Source: Candidatus Melainabacteria bacterium
GTDB taxonomy: Bacteria > Cyanobacteriota > Vampirovibrionia > Obscuribacterales > Obscuribacteraceae
Assembly (NCBI GenBank): GCA_016716405.1
Contig: JADJWK010000001.1
Location: 678,713-742,712 of the forward strand
Direction of reading: 5' to 3'
Length of the DNA: 64,000 nucleotides
A model generated the notes under the pieces. That model searched no databases and was not told the origin of the DNA. It saw only the letters and a list, made by a program, of their open reading frames with translations. A program made the translations under genes and the position numbers. Positions 1-10,208 of the stretch are shown here, piece by piece (the first letter of the stretch is position 1; every line of letters starts with the position of its first letter).

Positions 1-284
1 TACATGCCTTCGACGTGGGTGCCGCTGTCCTGCTCGAAAACGCGCACGAACTGCTTGTCCGTGGGGACGGTCACCGAGGGATGTCCGTGGAGGGGACCCC
101 AGCACCAGGCGCAGAACTCGAAGTGTTCGGCGCAGGCGTCACACAGGGTGAAGTTGGGGCTGTCCGTCCAGGGCACGTGTGCGCTGGGAAGCTGAGACTG
201 CTGAACATGACTTGCTGCCTGGCAAGTTCCCCGCACCGAGGTGTCGGGTTTCTTTTCCTGGCAGGTTGAACAGAGCTTTGCCAT
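1..284 (-). CDS. Cys-rich hypothetical protein, 5' part only (ORF runs off window start); CxxC...CxxC-x5-CxxC pattern suggests a zinc ribbon
   Basis: Reverse-strand translation from ATG at 284 gives MAKLCSTCQEKK...CDACAEHFEFCAWCWGPLHG... with no stop before position 1. GGAGG lies 8 nt upstream of the ATG. Co-oriented with the prkA operon. Confidence 0.4.
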   Translation of the reverse strand, partial: MAKLCSTCQEKKPDTSVRGTCQAASHVQQSQLPSAHVPWTDSPNFTLCDACAEHFEFCAWCWGPLHGHPSVTVPTDKQFVRVFEQDSGTHVEGM

Positions 285-322
285 AGGTTGAACCTCCGGT
301 TAGGTTTGTCCTCGCTTGGGAC

Positions 323-1351
323 CTAGCGATGCCGGTGCTTGAGACCGCAGCCGACGTCGCAACGGGTCGAGCCGCCGAGCTCGCTCTCGAAACCCTCTTC
401 GATCATGAACTGCTTCATCGCGTCCTTCGAAGGAACGATGATGCGTCCCATGACCTGAGCCATCACCTTGTTGTGGACATCCCAGGGGTTGAGCTGGAAC
501 ATCACATAGGTGAAGCCGTCCGGGTTCGAGGGCACGCCCTCGGGGCTCTCTTCCTGAATCATGCGCACACCGACTGCCAGAAGCCCGTGGCTGGGAGCCC
601 AGGACCGCGACAGGGTGAGCGGGTTGACTTCATCAGGAGCGCTGGAAGAAGGTTCGGATGCCGCGACTGCGGCAACGACGGGATTGTCCCCGCCGTCCGA
701 ATCGTGACTCGGCTCGCCGCCTTCGACCTTGTCCGGAGACTGGGAGGCCAGAGCGGTGAGCGCCTCGATGGCGTCGGCCTGGGTCGGGCGATCGTCGTCG
801 GTGACCGGCGCCTGGGGAACGAAGCCGTACTTGGCGAGGTCGATGTCGACCTTCACCTCTTCGACGGGTTCGCCTTCGCCCTTGTCCAGCGACGAAAGCG
901 CCGGCGGGCTCTGCATGGTTCCCGGATGGAGCTGCTCGCGGATGTAATCCTCGAGGCTCAGGTCACCGGTGTAGGCCTCGAACTTGAAAGCCTTGCCTTC
1001 CGCGTCCTGGGTCAGGTAGTGCGGTTGGGGGCTCTCCACCATCTTCTGGCGGAGCATCGGGTCCATGCCGGCGGCGTTGGGCAGCTCGTAGGGACGCAGG
1101 GTCGTCTGGAGGAGCTCCCTCCCGTCGAGGAGGATGCGCACCTCGAGGGCCTGGCGGGCGCCGATGACGACACCGAAGTTGCCGTGGCCGACCATGCGGA
1201 AGTGGTTGGGCGGGTAGCCCTTCACGTCAAAACCGAAAGCGGGCATGCGGTTGCCGCCGAGGACTCCGACCATCACGTGTCGGGCGAAGCCACCCTTGTC
1301 GACGACAACCAGCCCGTTCGGAAGAGCGGGGATGCCTTTGTTCATCTTCAT
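323..1351 (-). CDS. Hypothetical protein, ~343 aa: N-terminal Gly/Val-rich globular domain, acidic Ser/Pro/Asp-rich low-complexity middle, C-terminal domain ending CDVGCG
   Basis: ORF track 323..1435. Start reassigned to ATG at 1351 (MKMNKGIPALPNG...) with AAGGAG 8 nt upstream. Immediately downstream of and co-oriented with spoVR. Confidence 0.6.
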   Translation of the reverse strand: MKMNKGIPALPNGLVVVDKGGFARHVMVGVLGGNRMPAFGFDVKGYPPNHFRMVGHGNFGVVIGARQALEVRILLDGRELLQTTLRPYELPNAAGMDPMLRQKMVESPQPHYLTQDAEGKAFKFEAYTGDLSLEDYIREQLHPGTMQSPPALSSLDKGEGEPVEEVKVDIDLAKYGFVPQAPVTDDDRPTQADAIEALTALASQSPDKVEGGEPSHDSDGGDNPVVAAVAASEPSSSAPDEVNPLTLSRSWAPSHGLLAVGVRMIQEESPEGVPSNPDGFTYVMFQLNPWDVHNKVMAQVMGRIIVPSKDAMKQFMIEEGFESELGGSTRCDVGCGLKHRHR

Positions 1352-1448
1352 ACTGAATCTCCTTAGCTGATAAGGTAATTGCCAGTTAGAACAGCGACGA
1401 GGGCGCAAGCCTTGCAGCCTGCGCCCCCGAAGCACTGTTACCGGCGGC

Positions 1449-3314
1449 TTACAGCCAGCGCTCCTTGACGGTCTTGCCGTTGTCGCAGGAGTACTGGTAC
1501 GGACGCGGCGGACCCCACGGACGCCCGTAAGCGTCGGTGAGGATCTCCATGGTCAGGAGCCTGACCGCGTCACCACAGAGCCGCCAGAAGTACCGCAGCG
1601 TCTGCCGCGCATAGCCCTGGCGAAGCGGACCGAAGTCCGGGTCGAACTCGTGACGGAGAGTCCAGGTCTGCGCGTTGTTGTGCCGGCCGGTGTCGACGAT
1701 CTTGATGTTGGGCAGCGCCTGCAGCCCCGTGCGGAGCAGCATCTGACGCTTGAAGGCGTGCTTGTCCTGGTCGTAGGCGGCAACCGTCTGGATGATTTGC
1801 ATCATCTGCATCAGCACCACCTGCGAAGCCGGGAACTTGGGCGCGCCGTACCCGAAGAAGCCGAGCCAGTCAGCCATCTGGATCTGGTTCATCCAGACCG
1901 AGACGACTTCGAACATCTCCTCGAGGGTCTCCGGGAGCCGGTCGCCCTCGAAGATGTAGTTCGGGTCCCAGCGGACCTGCTTGAGGTGACCGTTGATCAC
2001 CATGATCATCTTCTTGACCCAGCCCAGCGCCTTCTTGTGGAGGGACTCGAAGAAGTCCTCCGTGAGGAAGGTGTAGAACAGGCGCTGGTCGTCGAAGTGG
2101 TCCATGACTTCCAGCAGATAACTGCGGTCCCACTTGTCCACTTCCACCGTCTTCACCTCGTCGGTCTCCACCAGGTCACCCGCGATGCGATCGGGGTAAT
2201 TGCCGGTGGCGATGTCCTCGGCGGTGAGCAGCTTCAGCCGGTTGTAGGTCACGGTTTCCTTGCCGATGACCCGGCTGTGCTTCCGGTCGATGTAGTCGAT
2301 GATCGCTTCGCCCAGCGCGTAGGGGTCGCTGTACCAGTAGATCGGCCACGCGTCGTGCATGGTGTCATAGGCGGCAGCGTCGAGCATCTTGTCCATGCCC
2401 AGGCGGATCATGTCCAGCTCGGGCTCGTGCGGGATGCGCCGGTCGACAAAGTGCGAGACGCCTTCGTGGAGGGTCTTGGTGCGGCCCACCACCTGGGTGC
2501 TGTAGCGGTTTTCGAAGCGGGTCATCTCGATGATGCGCCGCGCCTCGTCCGGCAGATGCTTGGTGTTGTCCGGGTCCATCAGGAAGCCCAGCAGGTCGCC
2601 GGTGGGCATGATCGGGTGGCAGGAGAGGTGACGGACCGTGTCGCGGATGTCATCCTCGATGGCCTTGCGGTCGGGCTCGGTCTTGGCCAGCGTCCAGGCA
2701 TGCTTCAGGTTCTCGAGCTTTTCCTCGAGCTCCTTGCGCATCTCGGAGTCGGTGGGCTGTCCGACAGGCGTCGGCAGCGGTCCGGAGTAGTTCTCCAGCG
2801 CGTGAGCCGCGTCGGCATAGTACTCGTACCGGTCCCAACCCCACTCCTTGGGATTCTCGACCAGGCTGCGGACGAAGGCTTCGTCCTGGGCGAACCGATA
2901 GAGGGCGGTCGCCTGCTCGGTCTCCCGGTGCCAGCGGTTGTTGGTGAACAGGTGAACGTGACCCAGCCACGCGTGGATGATCACGTGGATGTGCATGACC
3001 AGGTCATTGGTCGAACCGAGGACGACTTCAGCCGGGTCCGAGATCGTTGCGAACTCGAACACGTGGCCGCCCTGGCCGCGCTGACGGCTCTGCTGAGCCG
3101 CCTTGCCGTACCACCACGCCGGGCGGCTGACGCCGACACCGAGCGGGTAGACGAGGTCGTCGAGGACCTGCTGGTCCGACTTGAGACGGAAGATCGCGCG
3201 GCACGGGTCGAGCCCGTACCGCTTTCCAACTGCCAGGATCCGCGGAACCATGATGTTCAGGTTGCGGACTACCTGGGCTTCCTGGGGATTGGAAGTCAGA
3301 ATTTTCGTATCCAT
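1449..3314 (-). CDS. spoVR: SpoVR/YcgB family protein
   Basis: 621-aa ORF with the conserved SpoVR-family layout. AAGGAG RBS before ATG at 3314. Last gene of the canonical prkA-yeaH-spoVR triad. Confidence 0.85.
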   Translation of the reverse strand: MDTKILTSNPQEAQVVRNLNIMVPRILAVGKRYGLDPCRAIFRLKSDQQVLDDLVYPLGVGVSRPAWWYGKAAQQSRQRGQGGHVFEFATISDPAEVVLGSTNDLVMHIHVIIHAWLGHVHLFTNNRWHRETEQATALYRFAQDEAFVRSLVENPKEWGWDRYEYYADAAHALENYSGPLPTPVGQPTDSEMRKELEEKLENLKHAWTLAKTEPDRKAIEDDIRDTVRHLSCHPIMPTGDLLGFLMDPDNTKHLPDEARRIIEMTRFENRYSTQVVGRTKTLHEGVSHFVDRRIPHEPELDMIRLGMDKMLDAAAYDTMHDAWPIYWYSDPYALGEAIIDYIDRKHSRVIGKETVTYNRLKLLTAEDIATGNYPDRIAGDLVETDEVKTVEVDKWDRSYLLEVMDHFDDQRLFYTFLTEDFFESLHKKALGWVKKMIMVINGHLKQVRWDPNYIFEGDRLPETLEEMFEVVSVWMNQIQMADWLGFFGYGAPKFPASQVVLMQMMQIIQTVAAYDQDKHAFKRQMLLRTGLQALPNIKIVDTGRHNNAQTWTLRHEFDPDFGPLRQGYARQTLRYFWRLCGDAVRLLTMEILTDAYGRPWGPPRPYQYSCDNGKTVKERWL

Positions 3315-3326
3315 AGTCGCAACTCC

Positions 3327-4745
3327 TTATTCAGATTCGGCGGAGCGGTCACCGGTCATGATCTTCATCATGGCCTCGGGGACGTCGTCGAGCGTTTTGC
3401 AGCGAGCCCAACCACAGTGTTGCCGGACATCGGACGGAGTGTTCTGAACGGAGCGCATGCCCTCGGTCATTCCACCCCAGCCCCAGCCCAGGTCCACTTC
3501 GCAGTAGCCGAAGTAGTTGAAACCGCCACGGATGAGCTTCGCGATCCAGCCGGAGATGACGTCCTCCCCATCGAAGGAGAAGCCGTCGGTGGCATGGAGC
3601 GAATACTTGTTCCAGGCGTCGCCGCCGAACTCGGCCTGGGCGATTTGCCAGGTGAGCTCGTGGGTCGGAGCGAAGGCGGTGCCTCCGTTTTCCCCGACGC
3701 GGAAGAAGTCGGCCTCGGACCGGATGCGCTCCGCCCGGTGGTTGTGGGCGATGTACACCACCGCGACGGTGTTGTACTTGGTGCGCAGCCAGATGAGGTT
3801 GAGCAGGAAGTAGAACTTGGCGATTGCCAGAGGTTCGCCAGCCATGGAGCCGGAGGTGTCCAGGTTCATGAACACCACGGCCTTGCTGTCCGGGTCCCAC
3901 CGCTCTTCCACCCGCTTGAAGCGGAGGTCGGTCTTGTGGAACGGGAAGTCTTCGGCGGACGGGTAGCTGTCGGGGGTGAGCCCGGGGAAGTCGTCGGGAC
4001 GAGCGTTGATCATCGTCTTGAAACGCTCGAGTCGCGCCTTGGCAGTTGCGACCTTGTCCCAGCGAGCCATCGGACCGGTCTTCTTGAGACCGCGCATCTT
4101 CATCGAGTAGACGAGAAGCTTGTCCTCATCCGTCTGCTTCAGGAACGGGAGGTCGAAGAGCAGCTTGAGCAGCTCGACGAACTCTTCGTAGGTGATGGGG
4201 AGATAGACGATGTCGGCATCGTCTTCACCGGCCTGGGAGCCACCGCCACCGCCACCAGCCTTGTCGCGGCCGGGCCACCAGGACGGCTCATCGATGCCGA
4301 TCGGCACTTCGATGTTGCCGCCGGCGGCGAAGGTGCTGGCGTTCATCGGCACGTAGATCATGCCGGACTCGCTGGCAACGAAACAGTCCCTCATCAGCTC
4401 ATGACTGAGAAGCAGATTGGCCAGCCGGGTGATCGGCTTGCCTTCGGTCATGTCCATGATGCCACTGTCACCACGGATAATCTGCTTCAAAACATCTTTG
4501 GTGATCTTCGGCTTGGCGCGCTCCATGAAGCGGCGCCTGTCGTCGATCGTACGGTCGAGATAGGCCGGTTGCGGAAGGACCACGGAAGTACGGGTCCTCT
4601 CCGGTGGAGAGTTCAGCCAGTCCACGAGCAGCGTCTGGAACTCCTGGTCAGGAGCCTGGGCTTCCGTGGTCGGCATGATTTCGCCATGCGGGGTCTCGCC
4701 AGCCTTCTTGTCGCCGTGAGGCTTCTTGAAGTCTTTCTTAGCCAT
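3327..4745 (-). CDS. yeaH: YeaH/YhbH family protein (DUF444, vWA-like)
   Basis: 472-aa ORF with Gly-rich GGGGGGS linker and vWA-like C-terminal half typical of YeaH/YhbH. Lies between prkA and spoVR as in E. coli yeaG-yeaH and B. subtilis prkA-yhbH. Confidence 0.85.
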   Translation of the reverse strand: MAKKDFKKPHGDKKAGETPHGEIMPTTEAQAPDQEFQTLLVDWLNSPPERTRTSVVLPQPAYLDRTIDDRRRFMERAKPKITKDVLKQIIRGDSGIMDMTEGKPITRLANLLLSHELMRDCFVASESGMIYVPMNASTFAAGGNIEVPIGIDEPSWWPGRDKAGGGGGGSQAGEDDADIVYLPITYEEFVELLKLLFDLPFLKQTDEDKLLVYSMKMRGLKKTGPMARWDKVATAKARLERFKTMINARPDDFPGLTPDSYPSAEDFPFHKTDLRFKRVEERWDPDSKAVVFMNLDTSGSMAGEPLAIAKFYFLLNLIWLRTKYNTVAVVYIAHNHRAERIRSEADFFRVGENGGTAFAPTHELTWQIAQAEFGGDAWNKYSLHATDGFSFDGEDVISGWIAKLIRGGFNYFGYCEVDLGWGWGGMTEGMRSVQNTPSDVRQHCGWARCKTLDDVPEAMMKIMTGDRSAESE

Positions 4746-4888
4746 TGATAACCTCCATCAGGACGTGCTACTTGCGTAGCCAGTCGGTTAGTTGAGAAGA
4801 CAGAAGGGGGGCGAGGTCACGATGGACCCCGCCCCCACGACTGATTCGCGAACCGCCGACTAGGCTGCGCCTAGGTCAGCGAGTTCGA

Positions 4889-7276
4889 TTAAGCGACCAG
4901 GAAGTCGCGCGTCATCGCCACCTCGACGAGCAGCTTCTCAGCCGTGTACTCGTCGTAGCCGTGCTCCTTGATGAGGCGTGCCTTGGCACCGTCGAGACGC
5001 TCCTTCTCCTCCTTGGTGAGGTTCGTGAGACCGATCACGCCGGTGATGTCCTTGGCCTGCCGCAGCACGTAGGATTCGATGCAGCGCTTCAGACCCTCGT
5101 GGCAGGTGTACGGGGGCTCCGACACACCGTGCTCATCCTTGTACGCGTCGACCGCCACCATGACGTTGGTGCGGAACTTGTCCGCCTGCGCCGTGTTGAT
5201 GGCGATGGTGTCGGCGCGCTCGATCTCCTGCAGGAAGCGCTCCATGTCCTGAGCGGTCAGGTACTGGCCGCCGGAGAAGCCCTGCTTCGGAGTCGTGCGG
5301 TTGAGGGACTTGATGTACTCCAGGTACTTCCGGAAGAAGTTCTGGCACAGGTCGGTGAAGTTCGGGATGAACGCCGCCTTGTACACCTTGGTCAGCTCGG
5401 GACGACGGAACTCGCGCTCCATCGGGCCCTGCAGCCAGCCGACCCACTTCTCCTTCGTCTTCTGGTCGAGACGGGGATCCTTGGAGAACCGCGCGATCAT
5501 GTGGTCACGCAGCTCGGCGACGGTGAAGCCCGCCGAGACGCGCTTGCCGGTCTCGAACTCCTGCCTGGCCTGAGCGGCCAGGTCGCCGAGGATGGAGTCC
5601 ATGTCGCGGGGCGACATGCCGTCCAGACCCTCGGTCCACGGAGCCTTCTCGCGAAGGGCGCGGAACTCGAGCTCGGTGCCCATGCCCGGCTGACGCACGG
5701 TCTCGCCCATGTAGGCGCGGAGGACCGGCATGAAGCCCAGGTTACCCTTGCTCGCCCAGTCGAGGTGAGTCGCCACCCGGAACATGCCGGTGTAGAGGCT
5801 CATCAGGGGCTCGCGGTGGACGCCGCCCTTGTCGGCGGGACGCCCGAAGGACGACAGCGAGTACAGCTTCTCCGTCACCGCCGCGGCCTGCTGCGGCTCG
5901 AGCGGATAGGTGAAGCTCACCCAGTGCAGACGGTCGTTGTGAGCGCGGTGGTCCGGATTGCTCCAGAACTTGTTCCACTGCTCGTCGTTGGAGTGGATGA
6001 TGATCATCCCCTCCCAGCCCACGCCCTGCTGGTGGTGGTTACCCAGCGGATCGGGCAGGGACAGGCGCTGACCTTCCAGACCCTCGAGCAGGATCCGGAA
6101 GCCCTCGGGCGGGTTGCGGAAGCCCTCGGTGAGGATGATCAGCTTGCCCTTGTTGAACACGCCGGACGGGCTGACGGTCCGCGGGTCGCGGTCGTCGTAG
6201 AGGCCCAGCGCCGAGATGTCGACGTCACCACGCCACACCTTCAGGTCGAAGTTGATGGGCTGCACTTCGGCAACGTCCACCATGCCCTCGCCTTCGGACA
6301 TGAACATGTTGTCGATGGGGAAATCGCCCAGGTCGACGGCGTACGACTCGTCGAAGTGGCCGTACTTCTCGTCGCCCTTGCGCTTGCCCTTCAGCTCGCC
6401 GTACTTCTCGGTGAGACCGGCGAGATCCATGACGTCGCGGTCGACCAGAGCCGGACCGAAGAACTCGCCCAGCACCACGTCCTGCGCCCAGGGGTCGGGG
6501 CGGACGAGCGCGTCGACGGTCGCCTTCGGCAGGTTCAGACCGAAGCACACGATCTTCACGAAGTCCTCCTCGCTCGCCATGACGATGGCGGCGAGTTCGG
6601 CGGCGCCGAGCTCCTGGCCGGCCTTGAAGCCGTGCTTCTTGGCGATGGAGCCGACCTCGGTGACGCTGAAGTCGAGAGCGGACTCGCCGCTCAGGTCCAG
6701 ACGCTCGATGATGCCGGTGAGCTCCTTGACCATGGCGTCACGACGACGCTTGGTCTTCTTCGCCGCGATGAGCTTGGGCAGGAAGAGCGCGTTCAGCGGG
6801 TTCGCCCACATCGGGGAGCCGCCCAGGAACGGGATGGGCTCGCGCCGACGCATGATCTTGTACTGGATCATGTTGACGAAGTCGGACTTGCCGGCGCCGG
6901 GCGAACCGGTGATGGCCAGTGCCTTCTTACGGGCACGACCGCCCTCGGCAGCCTGGTAGCCGTAGGAGTTGACGATCTTGTGGATCGGGTCCTCGACGCC
7001 GAAGAAGGCGTCGCAGCTGTTGTAGGCCGGCACTTCGTGGCCGGTCATGCGGAGCAGGGCTTCGGCGCGGGCCATGTTGAGACCGTCGCGCACGAAGAGG
7101 CGGTGGAAGGCCGCGTGGGTGGGCTCGACGTATGCCGGGTGCCGACGGACGACCTTCAGAAAGTCACGCAGGGTGGCCTTGAGACCTTCCTTCTCGAACG
7201 AGTACGGAAACGGGTCCTCAGGCAGGAACAGGTGCGGGTGGGATTCCCGCGTGTACAGGATGTTGTTACTGGACAT
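4889..7276 (-). CDS. prkA: PrkA family serine protein kinase (YeaG-like), AAA+ N-domain with intact P-loop GSPGAGKSD
   Basis: 795-aa ORF. Walker A ITGSPGAGKSDFV present. Overall PrkA/YeaG architecture (N-terminal AAA, C-terminal kinase-like). Confidence 0.9.
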   Translation of the reverse strand: MSSNNILYTRESHPHLFLPEDPFPYSFEKEGLKATLRDFLKVVRRHPAYVEPTHAAFHRLFVRDGLNMARAEALLRMTGHEVPAYNSCDAFFGVEDPIHKIVNSYGYQAAEGGRARKKALAITGSPGAGKSDFVNMIQYKIMRRREPIPFLGGSPMWANPLNALFLPKLIAAKKTKRRRDAMVKELTGIIERLDLSGESALDFSVTEVGSIAKKHGFKAGQELGAAELAAIVMASEEDFVKIVCFGLNLPKATVDALVRPDPWAQDVVLGEFFGPALVDRDVMDLAGLTEKYGELKGKRKGDEKYGHFDESYAVDLGDFPIDNMFMSEGEGMVDVAEVQPINFDLKVWRGDVDISALGLYDDRDPRTVSPSGVFNKGKLIILTEGFRNPPEGFRILLEGLEGQRLSLPDPLGNHHQQGVGWEGMIIIHSNDEQWNKFWSNPDHRAHNDRLHWVSFTYPLEPQQAAAVTEKLYSLSSFGRPADKGGVHREPLMSLYTGMFRVATHLDWASKGNLGFMPVLRAYMGETVRQPGMGTELEFRALREKAPWTEGLDGMSPRDMDSILGDLAAQARQEFETGKRVSAGFTVAELRDHMIARFSKDPRLDQKTKEKWVGWLQGPMEREFRRPELTKVYKAAFIPNFTDLCQNFFRKYLEYIKSLNRTTPKQGFSGGQYLTAQDMERFLQEIERADTIAINTAQADKFRTNVMVAVDAYKDEHGVSEPPYTCHEGLKRCIESYVLRQAKDITGVIGLTNLTKEEKERLDGAKARLIKEHGYDEYTAEKLLVEVAMTRDFLVA

Positions 7277-7293
7277 GATTGTGTCTCCTAGCT

Positions 7294-9570
7294 TTAGGCT
7301 TGATGCGACCAGACCTTGACGCGCTTGGCATACTCGAGAATCTGCTTCTGCCCCTTGGGGGTGTAGCCGAGCTTCTCGAGCAATTCCTTGGCGGTGAGCA
7401 GGCGAGCCCGCTCCTTTTCATCAAGGTCGGACACAACTTCGGTTGTGAGGAGTTTCTGGACTGCTTCGCCAATCTCGGTGTCGAGCTTGGTGCGAATCGC
7501 GTTGGCGAGCTCGGGAACGGTCTCCCAGGTCTCCCTGTACTCGCGTGCAAGGGCCTTGCGCCGTTCCTTATACTCTTCCGAATCGGGTTCGAGACCCTCG
7601 AGCTTCTGCTCGATGATTTCGTCCTTGCGGTCGGACAGCATGGTCTGAAGCGCCTTGCGGAACTTCTTCTCATCGTCGTCGAGGAACGCCCCCTTCGACT
7701 TGCCGACGCGGATGCGGTCGAGGTCATTGAGGAGGTCCTCGTTGACCGGAATTTCACCGAGCTTGCTGTGCCGGACCTTCTTATCGCCGACGGCGTAGCC
7801 GATGGCGTGCAGGACGTAGTCCTGGAAGAGCTCCTGAGCGCGCTCTTCGTAGTCCGGGGCAAACACGTGCAGGATCTGATGCTTCAGCAGACGGCGGTAC
7901 TCGGATTCGATGAGACCGGGCCTGCTGCTGGCTTCCGCCGCCCAGGATTCGTCGCCGGGCTTGGGAGAGCCGCCGAGCCACTTCTGGCACCGCTTCAGGA
8001 TGGCGGTCTGCTCGGGCGTCAGGTTGGTGGTGTCGACGAGCTTCTGGTGGATGACCTGCCGCAGGAGCATGATCGCTTCCAGCGCGGTCACCGACTGATC
8101 TCCTTCACGGCCGAGACCGTACTGGTTCAGCCGGGAAAGCAGGCTCATCATGAACCGCATGTCGAGCCCGGCCAGACCTTCGTCCGGACCGACGAGGCTC
8201 CACATCAGCTGCGGCGTGATGGCGACGTTGTCGGGCAGAGACTTGGCCTGCGCTCCCGGGACGGGACCACCGCTCCGGCTGCTGGCGATGCCGCCGCCGT
8301 AGCCACCGCTGCTCGTGCTGGCCTGCTCGGTGGCCCAGGTGTTGGACCAGTCGGAGCCGGTGCGGGGCTTGACCTTCACGTGCTCGCCCTGCAGCAAGCG
8401 CATCCGGTCGATGGGATCGATGAAGGGTTCACCTTCCTTGGGCACCGCATAGCGGCTGATGACGGCGAGGGTCGCAATCATCTTAAGAGCGAGCGGTCCG
8501 AACAGCGCCTTTTTCTCGTACCGTTCCATCTCGGTCAGGTAGGCGCGCTCCTCCTCCACACGGACCAGGTTGTACGGCAGCTTCAGCTGCTCGCTCCTGC
8601 CGGTGAAGGCATCCATGTCCGGAAGGGTCTTGAGGAACGTCTCGAACGCCCCACGGTTCGTGGAAGCGTACATGAAAACATCGAGCGGGCTCGGGGCAAC
8701 GGTCTCGTGACCGCTGCAGAGTCCGGGCAGTCGCCGGTACTGAGTGGCATCCAGGAGGATGAGCCGCTCATCGGTCTTGCCGGGCTCGACCTCGCGCTCC
8801 ATGAAAGCGTCGGGCATGGAGAGGATGCCGCGGTTCGCGCGCCGGAGGGCGGCGACCAGCGAGCAGTCCTGTCCCGGAACCCATTCGAAGATGCCGGCCG
8901 AACGGCGAGACAGGCGGATGCGCTCCACCTTGACCTCGGCCAGGGACGGCGTCTCCCTGGGATTGTCGAGATCACCCATGACTGCCGTGTAGCAGTGCTG
9001 GCAGGGCTCGCCGGCGGTAAGCAGCATGTGCTGGAGCACAGCGAGCTCGATACCGGCCGCTTCCGCCACGCCTGCCAGCTGCTCCTTGGACAGGAACTTG
9101 AGCAGGTTCAGGGGGTTCTCGTGGTCGGGGCAACCCTTGACCGCGTAGACAGTACCGTGGGACTCGAGAGCCCGGGCGATACCGTCCTGAAAGAAGTCCT
9201 TGCCGGAGGCAGGACCACCTTCAACAACCAGAAGCTTCTTGAGTTGTGCGCCACCACCGGCGGCGGGCTCGAGAAACCTCTTAATCAGCCTGTAGGCAAA
9301 GAGCTGGCTACCACAGACGTGCCGGAAGGCCTTCCACGAGGGGATGCCGATCTTCTTCAGGGTCTGAAGAAAGGCGCGGCGCTCGCAGTCGGTCTCCTGG
9401 TCGACCTCCTCTTCACCCATCGATTCGATGGCGCGAAGAATCACCGCCGGGGCGGTGTCGGCGTACTCCGGATGCTTCGCGAGGTCCCTGAGGAACTCGA
9501 CGTAGGTCTTCGGAGGTTCGCACAGAGGAGGTAGCGCAAGGGCTTTGCTCAGTCGGTCATCATTTTGCAT
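7294..9570 (-). CDS. Second PrkA-family paralogue with degenerate P-loop (GGPASGKD)
   Basis: ORF track 7294..9678. Start set to ATG at 9570 (MQNDDRLSK...) with GGAGG 9 nt upstream. Same domain order as prkA but the Walker A Ser/Thr is replaced by Asp. Confidence 0.8.
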   Translation of the reverse strand: MQNDDRLSKALALPPLCEPPKTYVEFLRDLAKHPEYADTAPAVILRAIESMGEEEVDQETDCERRAFLQTLKKIGIPSWKAFRHVCGSQLFAYRLIKRFLEPAAGGGAQLKKLLVVEGGPASGKDFFQDGIARALESHGTVYAVKGCPDHENPLNLLKFLSKEQLAGVAEAAGIELAVLQHMLLTAGEPCQHCYTAVMGDLDNPRETPSLAEVKVERIRLSRRSAGIFEWVPGQDCSLVAALRRANRGILSMPDAFMEREVEPGKTDERLILLDATQYRRLPGLCSGHETVAPSPLDVFMYASTNRGAFETFLKTLPDMDAFTGRSEQLKLPYNLVRVEEERAYLTEMERYEKKALFGPLALKMIATLAVISRYAVPKEGEPFIDPIDRMRLLQGEHVKVKPRTGSDWSNTWATEQASTSSGGYGGGIASSRSGGPVPGAQAKSLPDNVAITPQLMWSLVGPDEGLAGLDMRFMMSLLSRLNQYGLGREGDQSVTALEAIMLLRQVIHQKLVDTTNLTPEQTAILKRCQKWLGGSPKPGDESWAAEASSRPGLIESEYRRLLKHQILHVFAPDYEERAQELFQDYVLHAIGYAVGDKKVRHSKLGEIPVNEDLLNDLDRIRVGKSKGAFLDDDEKKFRKALQTMLSDRKDEIIEQKLEGLEPDSEEYKERRKALAREYRETWETVPELANAIRTKLDTEIGEAVQKLLTTEVVSDLDEKERARLLTAKELLEKLGYTPKGQKQILEYAKRVKVWSHQA

Positions 9571-10208
9571 GATGTCTAACCTCCATCTAGGTTGAGAGTT
9601 CGGCAGCCGTCTGGCCGCCTGACTGTCAGAAGTTGACAAACAGCTTGGAACTGAGAGCTCAGCACGAAGTACCCGCATGACTCACGCGAGAGCTCGTGCG
9701 AAAAGCCCGATGACGGAGCGACCTGTTTGCTTCGGTCGATTGTCCGCCAGGCAGTAAAGCCGCCCGAAACCAGCAGTGTCTACCGGGTCTCACAGGGGAA
9801 ACAACAACCAGAACCACGCGGTGGTCCTGGTCTGAGGTGTTTTCTGAGAAAGTTTGCTGGTTGAACGGGCTTTAGAGTTGGGTTTCCGAAGTGAATGGGA
9901 TCCGATAGATACATCTAAACTAACAAGAACGAGTCCAAGAGCAAAAATAACTATTGTCTATATTTCCCATATCCTTTGACAATTCTGAAGAAAAGCCTAA
10001 CCCTGGTTGTCGAGTGGTGGGATGCCGGGGTTCTTGACAACCAGAAAAGGTCAATCTGTTTGTTTTTGCGAGGCTTGCCAATAGACCGGAAAATGATCCT
10101 CTTGAGAGCCTATTTTGGGGTATATTGAGAGGCGTTTTTAGCCGCTTAAGCCCGCTTAATGCCTACCTTCACGGTGTTTAAGGAATGCGCGGGGGGTTAG
10201 CGAAGCTA

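Noticed and set aside
1650-4748. 1032-aa plus-strand ORF
   Set aside because: Fully antisense to spoVR and yeaH, which have clear family signatures. Such long antisense ORFs are typical of GC-rich DNA. Its residue composition is repetitive (R/V/H/L/D-rich). The same applies to 329..1366(+), 4961..7291(+) and 7279..9534(+).
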